From positions 1,568,001 through 1,632,000 of the forward strand of contig CM000153.2 of the NCBI GenBank assembly GCA_000004695.1: 64,000 nt of DNA, read 5' to 3'. This DNA is from Dictyostelium discoideum. Its lineage: Eukaryota. A program made the position numbers and the translations under genes. Below the pieces are notes generated by a model. That model was not told the DNA's origin. It made no database searches and saw only the letters and a list, made by a program, of their open reading frames with translations. Within the stretch, counting starts at the first letter, position 1. The number at the start of each line of letters is the position of its first letter. This document shows positions 49,796 through 64,000 of the stretch, one piece after another.

Positions 49796-50551
49796 TTACA
49801 TCCAATTACTTTTACCAAATTTAGTATTTAATTCAGAGGAACCTCTAACAATATTATTTAAATGTTCTTTATCAACTTTACTTATTTGTAATTCTTCATC
49901 TCTATTGAATGTGTAATCTTTTTTATTACTATTGGATGATGATGATGATGATGAGGATTGCTTTTTTTGGTGCATTGATAACAAGGAAGAGGATCTGTTT
50001 TTATCATTATATTGCTTCATTTTTTCTTCAGTTTCTTGTTGTCTTAATTTTTCAAATAATTGTTTAGAACCTTCAACAGGAGTAGTTCCTCCTGTTGTTG
50101 TTGTTGTTGTTGTTGATATTGAACCAACATTACCTTTTTGACTGAATTGTCTATTTGACATTGAATCAATTCTACCAGTTGGCATCATTGTCATCCATTC
50201 CTCTCTTTTTGTTGTTTTATTTGTACTATCAGTATCACCATTTTTATTATTTTCAATCATATTTCTTACTCTCTCCCATTCTGATTTTGTATCTTCTTCA
50301 TCTTCTTCACTACTATCATCATCATCATCATTATTACTATTATGATTACTATCATTATTATTTGTATTATATCTTGATGGTCCAATTGATGGACCAATTG
50401 TTGGTCCAATTCTAGATGGGCCAATTGCTTTTTTATTATTATTATTAAATTTATCATTATCATTATTATTATTGTCATCATCTAATCTTGGACCAATAAC
50501 TCTTTTACTTATAGATGGAGGTGGTTGTGGTCCTAGTATTATATTATTATC

Positions 50552-50613
<62 letters not shown>

Positions 50614-50926
50614 CAGTTTCATCATCTAATCTTGGGCCAATAATTTTCTTTGTTGGTGGCAGTTGTGGAGATAGTATTGTAGTTTTATCATTGTCAGTTT
50701 CATTTAGTGATGGACCAATAACAGACTTTTTTGGTGGAGGTTGAGGTGATTGAATATCATCATTATTTAATTGTTTGTAGTTGTTGTTGTTATTGTCATT
50801 GTTATTATTTTCTTCTAATGTACGTTTTTTATTGTTGTTTGAATCTCTAAAGTTTACTTCAGTTTTTTGTTCATTATCATTGTTTTGTGTGGTTGGTGGC
50901 GGTCTGGCTGGTCCGATAAAACTCAT
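49796..50926 (-). CDS. GPALPP1 / DUF3752-family protein (ortholog of human GPALPP motifs-containing protein 1)
   Basis: 376-aa single ORF. It has repeated (I/V)IGP(A/S/R) motifs (SFIGPARPPP, SVIGPS, KIIGPRLDD, RVIGPRLDD, AIGPSRIGPTIGPSIGPS) where the human protein has GPALPPG repeats. The C-terminal block REEWMTMMP...SLLSMHQKKQ...FNRDEELQISK...SSELNTKFGKSNWM matches human RESWMTELPP...SLMDIHHKKLK...FDRDKDLKVNR...SRELNTRFSHGKGNMFL. Confidence 0.8.
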
Positions 50927-51167
50927 TTTTTTTTTTTTTAATTTTTTTTTTTTTTTTTTTTGGTTTTTTTGGAGATTAAAAAAATTAAAAATAAAATTAA
51001 AAAAAAAAAATAAAAAAAAAAATTTTTAACTCGTTAATTTAAAATTTTTAAAAAAAAAAAAAAAATAAAAATAAAAAAGGAAAATCCAATTAAAATTTTG
51101 GGGTTAAAAAAAAAAATAAAAAAAATAAAAAAAAATAAAAAAAAAAACTTTTATATTATTTAATTAA

Positions 51168-51399
51168 ATGGAAGATAGTAATACAAATAAAGATATAAAT
51201 ACAAACATAACCAATGATGATGATGATAATAAAAATATAAATAATAATAATAATAACACAGAAGAAGATGTAACAGTAGAAAGAATTTTAGAAAGAAAAC
51301 AAAAAGAAAGAGAGAGTAAATTAGCATCAATGATGAGTCATTATCATCAAAAATATTCATCACCATCTTCATTACTATCTTCACCAATTTCATCAAATG

Positions 51400-51433
<34 letters not shown>

Positions 51434-52657
51434 ATCATTTGATATTAATAATACAAGTTATAATGGTCAAGATGATCAAGATGAAATGGATGATTTTGAA
51501 AGTGAAGAATATAAACAAATTTTATTAAAAAGAAAAGCGGCATTAGCAGCTAAAAAGAAGGAATCATTAGCTGAACAAATGAAAAAATATAATCAACAAT
51601 ATGATAGTATCATATCTGGTGTAAATACAATACTTTCACCACCACCTTCGTCAACTACTTCAAATTCATCAACAAGTAATAATAGTAGTTTAAACGTTTC
51701 ACCTGTATTATTCTCAACAACATCATCTTCAAAATTACAATCTTTAAATAATAATACTTCACCTTCAACTTCTTCTTCAAATTTAATTGATTCTACAAAT
51801 GTACAAACTACCTCTACAACAACAGCAGCAACATCAACATCAACACAATTTACAAATACAAATATAAATACAAATTCAAATACATTAATAGAGAATTCAT
51901 TAAAAATATCGAATGAAAATAATAATGAATTAAATGAACAACTACAACAACAATTTATTTTACAACAAGAACAACTTAGAGAACAAGAAGAATTAAAAGA
52001 AAAATTACAACAACAAGAAATTGAAAGAATGCAAACTGAAAGAAAGGAAAGAGAATTACAACAACAAAAAGAATTAATTAAAAATGCTACATTAGATAAT
52101 CAACAACAACAACAACAACAACCACAACTAGAATTACAACAACAACAATCACAACCACAACAACCAATATTACTTCCACCATTAATATTTGAAACAAATG
52201 ATATACCACTTTTAACAAATGTTGGCTTTGCAACTTTAAAAAATATTGAATGTAATGCCATTAAATGTTCAGAAGAAGTTGTTTTATTAACTAAAACATT
52301 ACATCAAAGTTTATCAACTGTAAATATCATTTAATATCAATTATTATTTATTTATTTATTTATTCATTTGTTCATTAATATTAATAATATTCATTTATTT
52401 GTTATTATTATTATTTATAGATAACAAAAATATCAATTGAATTGTTTGAAACTTTTAATGGATCAACAGAAGTAACATGTAATGCAATTGGATACTCTGT
52501 TAATGAAACTAAAACAATGATTGATAAATGTTTCGAATTGAATAATCATACGAAATCAGTGATTTCACTTCATCAAAAGATTAAAACTGTTAGAGATCAA
52601 TTGGATAAATTTGATCAAATAATACATAACGCAATTAAACAAATGAATAAAACTTAA
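51168..52657 (+). CDS. Hypothetical N/Q/S-rich protein with a C-terminal coiled-coil-like region
   Basis: Two exons: 51168..52319 (GTAAAT donor at 52320) and 52421..52657 (acceptor tatAG at 52419-52420). Splicing joins ...LTKTLHQSLST|ITKISIELFETFNGSTEVTCNAIGYSVNETKTMIDKCFELNNHTKSVISLHQKIKTVRDQLDKFDQIIHNAIKQMNKT. No family recognised. Confidence 0.5.
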
Positions 52658-53200
52658 AAAAAGAAAATAAAACAAATATATATATATATATATTGTTGGT
52701 TGTATTCGAAATTATTTTATTTTTTATTTATTTATTTTATTTTTATTTTATTTTATTTTATTTTTTTTTTTTGAAAAAACACACACTCAATAATTATATA
52801 TTGTATAATATATTATTTTGAATTGTTTGATTAATATCCGATTTGGTTTCTAATTTGATAAATTCTTCATTTTAAGTGAACATATCCTATATTTTATTTT
52901 GAATTTGATTTTTTTTTTTTTTTTTTTTTTTTTATATTAATAATTTTATAATAAAAAACTGATGGATATTAAATATTATTATTATTTTTTTTTTTTTATT
53001 TATAATAAAAAAAAATAAAAAGGGGCTATCTGTTGTTTTTTTTCTTTTTTTTTTTTTTTTTTAATTTTTTTTCTTTTTGGCTTTATTAATAAAAAAAAAA
53101 AAAAAAATAATAATAATAAAATCGAGGGGGTGTATGAAGGTATTTTATGAAATAAGTGGTGGAATATTTGTATTCGTTGTGTGGGATTAATATAATCATA

Positions 53201-53240
<40 letters not shown>

Positions 53241-53862
53241 AATATTTAATTATCTTTTTTTAATTTTTTTTAAAATTTTTTTTTTTTTTTTTTTCTTCTT
53301 TATAATATTACTAAAATTAAAAAAGGAATATAGTAAATAAGTAAGTAAAAAAAAAAAAAAAAAAAAAAGTAATAGTTTGTGATTAAAAAAAAAAAAAAAA
53401 AATATTGGGCATTGTGACTTAAAAAAAGATTTTTATTTTAATTGAAAATAAATTTTTTTTTTTTTTTTGCGCCTTTAATTATATTTTTGCCTCCAAATAT
53501 TTCATTTTTCTCTTTTTTTTGTAGAATTAAATAATAATTCAAATTTAAATAAGTCAATCCGTTAAATATTTAATATATTAAACATTTCAATCTATTTCTT
53601 TATTTTTTAGAAACTTTTAAAGGGTTTTCATATTATTTTTTTTAATAAAATTATTAAAAATTATAAAGTTAATATATTTATTAATTTTTATACATCCTTT
53701 TAAGGGAAATAGTATTATAAATTAAAATTTTAATCATTTTATTGTTTTTTTTTTTTTTTAATTGAATTATTTAATTGTATTTTTTAATTTTTTTTTTAAT
53801 TGTATTATTTAATTGTATTTTTTTATTTTTTTTTTTATTTTTTTATTTTTTTAATTTTTTAA

Positions 53863-53893
<31 letters not shown>

Positions 53894-54171
53894 CGTTCCA
53901 TAACATCAATAACAATAATAATAACTTTTTTTTTTTTTTTTTTTTTTTTATTACAAAATAAATTAAAAAGAGAACTCATCATTACAATAAGAAAAATATC
54001 ATTGTAGATTAAATTTTCAAATAAAAGAAAAAAAATAATAATAATAATAATAATTAAATTTAAAGATAAAAAAAAAAAAAATTAGTTGTATTGTATAATA
54101 AAAAAAAAGGGGTTATAGTTTTTTTTTTATTTTTTTTATTTTTTCAATACATAGTTTTTTTTTATGATAAA

Positions 54172-54175
54172 ATAA

Positions 54176-54237
<62 letters not shown>
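54172..54237. repeat. (AAAT)n tetranucleotide microsatellite, about 16 copies
   Basis: An uninterrupted aaataaataaat... run just upstream of the E2F-like gene. Confidence 0.85.
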
Positions 54238-54239
<2 letters not shown>

Positions 54240-54283
54240 AGTAAAACTGAAGTACACACACATATATATATATATAATAGGAT

Positions 54284-56265
54284 ATGAACACAGAGATAAT
54301 AAGACAAAACACCATTATTCCTTTAACACCTGACATAACAACCAACAATAATATCGTCCACAGTAATAATAACAATAACAATAATAAAATGACAAAATCA
54401 AAACAGGATGATAATTTTGACAATAGCAATAATAGCAATAATAGCAATAATAATAAAAATAATAAAAATATTTTACCCACAACACGAAATCGAAATGTAA
54501 ATTCTCAACAAAAAGTAGGAAATGGAAATGGGAATGGAAATTCATTAGCAGATGAAGCAGCGAGTGGTTATGGTACAGGTAATTCATTATTATCATTAGA
54601 CCCATTGTCACAGATTCAATCTATGGCTTCATTACAATCACCAACATTTTTAAATAAATCTTCACCAAATCCCACTCCCAACATATCACTCCCACAACCA
54701 ACTATTTCAACAACGGCAAACCCTACATCACCACCTTCTTCCGCAATAACAGCAGCAACTACAGGTACAACAAATACAAATACAAGTACAACATCAACTA
54801 CTGCAAATAATAATAATAATAATAATAATAATAATTTAAGTGCGGATAAAAAGATTCAAAACTCACTCCAACTCTTGAGAAATAGTACCAAAAGTAATTC
54901 TGTAACATCATCATCATCATCATCTTCTTCTTCATCATCATCTTCATCTTCACCACCATCCACAAACAACAGTGATAACACATCACCACAAGAGCCGTCA
55001 CCTTCATCCTCTAATTCATCAATATCACCATCAACAACTCCCACTTCTTCACAACAATTAACATCACCTCAAGAGTCAAATCTTTCATCCTCACAAGGTC
55101 AGACAACCACCACCACCACCACTACCACTACTACAAATACCACCTCAACAACCACAACTAGAAAAAGAAGATCTACATCATCAGTGAATAACACAACAGT
55201 GGCATCACAAACAAATACAACTTCTACACCACCACCACCAACAACAACAACTACTACAACTACTACTACTAAACCAAAAGGAGCACCAAAAAGACAAACT
55301 AAAAGGTCAAAAAGTAAAGGTGATTTAAATAGTGAAAATGAATCAACCCCATCATCACAATTATCATCATCATCATCATCAACAACAACAACAACACAAT
55401 CATCTCAACCAATCAATGATGATCAAGAAGATGACGACGATGATGATGATTATGATAACTCCCAAGCATCAACAACTTCAAATGGAAGTGGTGGTGGTGG
55501 CGGTAATAAAAAGAAAACTAAATCAACAGTTGGTAATAGATTTGATAATTCACTCGTACAATTAACGAAAAAGTTTTTAGATTTAATTGAAAAATCACCA
55601 AATGGTGTATTGGATTTAAAAGTTGCATCAGAGAAATTGGAAATTTCAAAAAGACGTATCTATGATGTCACATGTGTATTGGAGGGTGTAGGATTAATTG
55701 AAAAATGTTCAAAGAATCAAGTACTATGGAAAGGTATTGGTAATGATGTCAATGGCCAACAAAATTCAAATGGTCAACAACAACATCAACAACAACCATT
55801 AGATCCAAAACATGTCGATAATTTTAAAAAAGAATTGAAAAAGTTGATGGAAAAAGAAGCAAGTTTAGATAACTCTATTAAAAAAGCAAATAAAAATATA
55901 CATAATACATTATACGAACCAAAATCATCAAAGTAAGTATTTTATATATAAATTTATTTATTTCTAATAATTTATTAACCCTCTCCCCCCCCCCCCCCCA
56001 AAGATTAATGTTTGTTACACATGATGATTTAAGAAATATTGAAACTCTTAAAGGTGATACAGTTATTGCAATTAGAGCACCATCTGGAACAAGATTACAA
56101 ATTCCTGATCCAGATGAAGGTATGGAACCTGGTCAAAGAAGATATCAAATTTTATTAGATAATGAAACTAATGCACCAATTGATGTTTTCTTATTAAATC
56201 AAACTACTATGCAACCAACTGATTCAATAACAAATAATACAAATACAAATACAAATAATAATCAT

Positions 56266-56300
<35 letters not shown>

Positions 56301-56478
56301 CAACAATAATAATAATAATAATAATAACAATAATAATAACAATAATAATAATAATAATAATAATAATACTACAATGAATACAACTACGGAAGAATATAGT
56401 TATGCAACCAATGCAATTACAAATGCATTAGTTGGTATTACTAATAGTAATGCATATTTGGATAATAATAATAATAAC

Positions 56479-56545
<67 letters not shown>

Positions 56546-56946
56546 GTATACTTTCACCATCAAAACAAATACAACAACAAACAAACTATTTACAACCATC
56601 ACAAAATGTTTCATATTGGGAACCAAATTCAATATTACCATCATATTCACCATTTGATTCAACACATAATCAACAATCTACAAATTCATCCTCATCATCT
56701 TCATCATCATCATCATCTTCATCAATGGTGGCACCACCAAATCCTCAACAACATGCAAATAATTATCAAGCCTTCCAAAAGGTTGGAAATAACTATCAAG
56801 CTTTCTCTGAACCAATGTTTGAACAATCATCAGAATTTTACTTTGAAAGTATGATCGATTCAGAAGGTATTTCAGAACTTTATACAGATGACTCATTTTT
56901 AACTCAATCTTTTGATGATTTTGGAAATCAATCAATAGAATCATAA
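54284..56946 (+). CDS. E2F-family transcription factor (winged-helix DNA-binding domain plus marked-box region)
   Basis: Two exons: 54284..55932 (GTAAGT donor at 55933) and 56004..56946 (acceptor AG at 56002-56003, preceded by a C19 pyrimidine tract). The DNA-binding domain is [66 protein letters not shown] (human E2F1: [66 protein letters not shown]). Exon 2 encodes [39 protein letters not shown]...NAPIDVFLL (human LAYVTCQDLRSIADPAEQMVMVIKAPPETQLQ...GPIDVFLC). Confidence 0.85.
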
Positions 56947-57010
56947 AAATAGATATAAAAAAAATAATAATAATAACAATCACCAATAATAAATAATAAA
57001 TAATAATAAC

Positions 57011-57043
<33 letters not shown>

Positions 57044-57571
57044 TAATAATTATGAAGACTATAATTATTGTACAGTATCAACTAAAGAATTAAATTATTG
57101 TAGTGATGATAATTGATCTTATCATATAAAGTATATAAAACAATGACGAATAATTAAAATACTGTAGTAACTAGTTGTCAACAGATAGGAAATGTAGTAA
57201 AGAATTATATGAATTAATTAACCTATTGGAAAAGAGTAATATCTTTTTCATAGACATTTTTCATTAAAAAAAAAAAAAAAAAAAATTAAAAAATAATAAC
57301 CATCACTGGTATGAACACATGTAAATATGTTTTTTTCAATAAATTAAATTAATTAAATTAATTTTTATGTTTTTTTTTTTTTTTTTTTTTTTTTTTTGAG
57401 ATGTATGAAAACTTATATCTTTGTAAAAACCCACAAACCACTATATTTTAATTTTATTTTTATTTTTATTTTATTTTATTTTTTTTTTTTTTTAAATTTC
57501 CATTGTTTTTTTTTATTTTTTTATATTTTTTTTATTTTTTTATTTTTATTTTAATAATTGTCACATTAGAA

Positions 57572-59068
57572 ATGAATGAAAAAAGTAAATTAATAAAAAA
57601 CTCAAATAGTAAATTAGCAGATTATTTACATTTTGAAATTATAAAAATATTGATAAATTATTTATTAATTTATGATAAAAAGAAAACTAATGAAATTAAT
57701 TATAAATATTCATTAAAGAAATTTTCAAATTATATTGATGAATTAATAACTTATTCAATGGTTTCAAATAAATGGTTTAATTTCATTTCAACAACAATAT
57801 CAAATAATATAATTAATTATAATTTATTTGAAAATTGGTTTAAATTATCAACATCATTATCATCATCATCATCTTTATCATCATCATCATCATCATCATC
57901 ATCATTACCCTCTTCTTCTTCTTCTCTTTCTTGTTTAGATCAAAAGATTTATTTTAATTTTAAAAAAGTTTTATATATATATAAAAATAATAATAATTCA
58001 GATTATTCAATTATTAATATTGATACTAAATTAATTTATAATTATTTTAATAATGATATAATAGTTATAAAAGCTTATAAAACATCTGATAAATCATTAA
58101 ACTCATCCTCAATTCAAAGAAATTTAAAAAATAATAAATTAATAATTATTAATTTGAAATATAAAGATAGTGTTGAAAAATTTTTAAAATTAATTGTAAA
58201 AGATAAAAAACTTTTAAATATAATTAATTATCAACAAAATCAAGAAAACGAAAATGAAAATGAAAATGAAAAAAAACAAATTCAAATTAATATTAAAAAA
58301 TTAACAAATTTTAAATTTGAAAATAAAAATAAAATTAAAAATAAAAATCATGATGAAGGTTGTAGTAGTGGTGGTGATGGTAGTGGTGGTGGTGGTAGTA
58401 ATGATAATTTTTGTAAAATAAATTTAAATTATTTAAGAATTATTGAAGATAGAAATTGTATTAGTATTTACAATGCAATTAAATGTTTTAATACAAAAAA
58501 TTTAATTTATGAACCAAATGATTTTAGAGGTACTTTAGTAATTGATTATTCAATATTATTTAATCCAGATACTATTGGAAATATAGTTGAATCTATTATA
58601 ATTACCAAAACTGATCATATTGAACCATTATATTTAAAAGATTTAAATAAATTATTAAATTTACATACATTATCAATACCAATATCATTTCATGAAATAC
58701 AAAGAAATATAAATAATAATAATAATACTAGTTCAAATGTAAATAATTGTAGTTTCTCATTAAGATGTTTAAAAAATAAAAATAATTTAATAAATGATTG
58801 GGAAATAATGATCAATTCAACTATTTCAAGTAAATCATTAAAGAATTTAAAATTTATAAATTTTTGTTTTAAAATGCCAATTTGTAATACCACCACTAAT
58901 AATAATAATAATAATGAAATTTTTTATAATGGTTTTAAAAAATTATTATCATTTGGTTTAATTCAATATTTAAAATTGGAAGATTTTGATTTTAATGAAA
59001 TTAATAAAGATATCTTTTCAGTTTTATCAAATAATAAAATTTTGAAAACTTTAATTTTAAAAAATAAA

Positions 59069-59141
<73 letters not shown>

Positions 59142-59560
59142 TTGATGAAGAATTATATTATAAGAGTACAATTGAATATTTAATATCAAATATTTTTACA
59201 TCTGAAAATTGTGCTATAAAACATTTTAAATTTTATAATTGTTATCGTTATTTAACATCATCAATATTCAATTCAATTATAAATAATCAAAATGAATTAA
59301 ATTTATATTCAATGACATTTGAAGTTATTGATAATAATCAATTTAATCAAGTTTTAGATAAAATTAAAATAATTTTATCATCATCATTATCATCATCATC
59401 ATCGTCACCATATAGAGTTCCAATAAAAGAATTTAATATAAAGGTTCAACCTCATTTCATTTTAAATTTTAAAGAAAAAGTTAAACAATTCTATTGTTGT
59501 AATTCCATTGATCTAGAATCACCTAAAATTATAATAAATATAAGAAAGAATAAAAAATAA
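57572..59560 (+). CDS. Hypothetical Asn-rich protein with a possible N-terminal F-box-like motif and LRR-like C-terminal segments
   Basis: Track ORF 57503..59560. The start is most likely the in-frame Met at 57572 (MNEKSKLIK...). LADYLHFEIIKILINYLL...MVSNKWFNFIS loosely fits the F-box pattern (LP.EIL..I...L....L..VSK.W). Poly-S and poly-N tracts. Weak call. Confidence 0.35.
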
Positions 59561-59875
59561 AATTTAATTAATTTTTCTTTTGATCTTTCTTTTTTTTTTT
59601 TTATTTTTAATCATTTATTTTTTATTCCAAAAAAAAATCAAAAAAAATCAAAAAATCAAAAAATCAAAAAATCTAAAAATAAAATCAAAAAAAAATCTTT
59701 TTTTTTTTTTTTTTTGTTCAACCCCTAAATTAATTAAATTCAAACACAATTAAAAAAAAAATAATATTAAAAAAAAAAAAAAAATGACACCACATCTCAT
59801 CAACTCAACTAAACACAACAAATCAAAATTTTACAATACCTAAAAATAAATTATTTATTTTTATTTTTATTTTTG

Positions 59876-59906
<31 letters not shown>

Positions 59907-60473
59907 TGTTGAATGAAAATTGAAATTGTTTAGTTGAAATAATAAAAAATTATGTAATGATAAAAAATTTGGAAAATTCACTGAAATGGTTTCATGTTTA
60001 GTGATTGAAAATTTTATTGAGCATTAAAGTGACATAATTACAATTTTTTTTTTTTTTTTTAAATTGCCAAATATATTTATCTTTTTTTTTTTTAGGAGAA
60101 ATTTCCAATTAAATTTTTGAATTTTTTTTTTATTAAAAATTTGGGTTTTTTTTATAAATAAATAAATTTTTTTTTTTTTTTTTTTTTTCCAAGTGATAAT
60201 AAAATTGGTGTTCCATATGAAAAAAAAAAAAACAAATTTGTTAACAAATTTAGATACAATTTTGTTTTTTATAACATTTATTTGCTTTTTGGGCCCTTAA
60301 TTAATTTTTTCCATGGAAAAAAAAAAAAAAAAATTTTTTTTGGTGTTTTTTTTTTTTTTTGTGTGTAACCGTAATTTTATGGTTTGAGAAAAAAAAAAAA
60401 TTTTGGAATTGACAACACTTACCGTCAACAATTGTTTTTTTTTTTTTTTTTTTTTTATTTTTTATTTTTTATT

Positions 60474-60508
<35 letters not shown>

Positions 60509-60673
60509 AAAATTGATTTTGATATGGTTTAATGGAAATGACAAAAAATTATGTCAGCTACCATTTACATGAATTCTCAAAAATTTTTTTTTTATTCAGC
60601 TGATAACAAAATTATTGAGCGCCTAAGTTTACCTAATTAATACTCTGTAGAGTGATATAATCATAGTGTCTAG

Positions 60674-60708
<35 letters not shown>

Positions 60709-61569
60709 CCATTTTATTTTCACTTTCAACCAAATAGTTATTATTATTATTATTATTAATTTATAAATAAATCACTAAATAAATAAATAAATAAAATAAA
60801 ATAAATAATATACTTTATAATAATTAATTAATTATTAAGTAAAATAAATAAAATAATAGAAAAAAAAAAAAAAAAAAAAAAATATAATAATAAAATTGTT
60901 TTAAACAAAAACTTCAAATAATTTAATTATTGTAACCATATTTTTATTTTTTTAATCAAAAAAAAAAAAAAAAATAAAATAAAATAAAATAAAAAAAAAA
61001 AAAGGTATAAAAAAAATTTATTATGAAAATATTATTTTATTTCCAAATTTAATCTTCTGGTGAAAAAAAACCCCCCCGTAAAAATTATATGTTTGTGGAA
61101 AAAAAAAAAAAAAAAAAATTATTTTTTATTTTTTTATTTTTTATATTTTTTTTTTTTTTTTTTTTTATTTTTTTATTTTTTTATTTTTTTATTTTTTTTG
61201 AAATTTTCCAACACAGAGGAACAACAACAACAATATTAATTTTCTATATAATAATTTTAGCAGTAACAATAATTAAAAAATAATAGTAATTGAAGCAAAA
61301 ATTAATAATAATAAATTATAATAAATAATAATAATTATAAATAATAATAGAGTTTTTAATAATTAAATCCAAATTACTTATATATGTTTTCTTAATTTTT
61401 TTTCTTATTTAACTTTAGAAATTTTAAAATTTTTTTTTCCTCAATAATTTAAAGAAACTACACATAAATAAAAGCAAAAAAAAAAAAACAAATCAGATTT
61501 ATATATAAACAAAAATTATTCTAACTATATATTAAAATATATAGTTAGATAATTGTACAAAACTTTAAA

Positions 61570-64000
<2,431 letters not shown>

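Noticed and set aside
59900-60680. Two GC-containing intergenic patches (about 59900..60000 and 60490..60680) sharing short strings (aaaaaattatgt..., aaaattttattgagc...)
   Set aside because: The similarity is confined to 10-15-nt A/T-rich words. It is not convincingly above chance in this composition, and no ORF or RNA structure was evident.

Overview
This window is AT-rich eukaryotic nuclear DNA with the hallmarks of a Dictyostelium-type social amoeba chromosome: roughly 20-25% GC, long poly(dA)/(dT) tracts, (AAT)n/(CAA)n coding microsatellites that give poly-Asn/Gln proteins, and short AT-rich spliceosomal introns with GTAAGT/GTAAAT donors and AG acceptors. It is not prokaryotic. There is no CRISPR array, operon or defence island. 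I called about 25 protein-coding genes and hand-built exon-intron models for 17 of them; the rest are single-exon or end-partial ORFs taken straight from the ORF track. The genes with recognisable products are a pfkB-family sugar kinase, U2 snRNP A' (U2A'), a Myb/SANT-domain poly-Q/N protein, a 5-exon ZNF277 ortholog, a large ankyrin-repeat protein, a two-domain GT2+GT4 membrane glycosyltransferase, an AMSH/STAMBP JAMM deubiquitinase, SDS22 (the PP1 regulator PPP1R7), two tandem FNIP-repeat genes, an RA-like + calponin-homology + proline-rich protein, an RPA3-like OB-fold protein, prohibitin-2, a two-RRM RNA-binding protein, two tandem paralogous 4-TM proteins, a GPALPP1 (DUF3752) ortholog, an E2F-family transcription factor and a PB1-domain protein that runs off the right edge. 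There is one tRNA-Ser(UGA) gene. The main non-genic points are retroelement-like footprints on both sides of the tRNA gene, an apparent 1-nt frameshift splitting RRM1 of the RNA-binding gene, an IPT/TIG-like pseudogene, conserved duplicated upstream modules at the FNIP paralogs, and a 5-kb gene-poor block carrying recurring G-run motifs. All splice coordinates were derived by eye and may be off by 1-2 nt. Family assignments rest on remembered motifs, not database searches.
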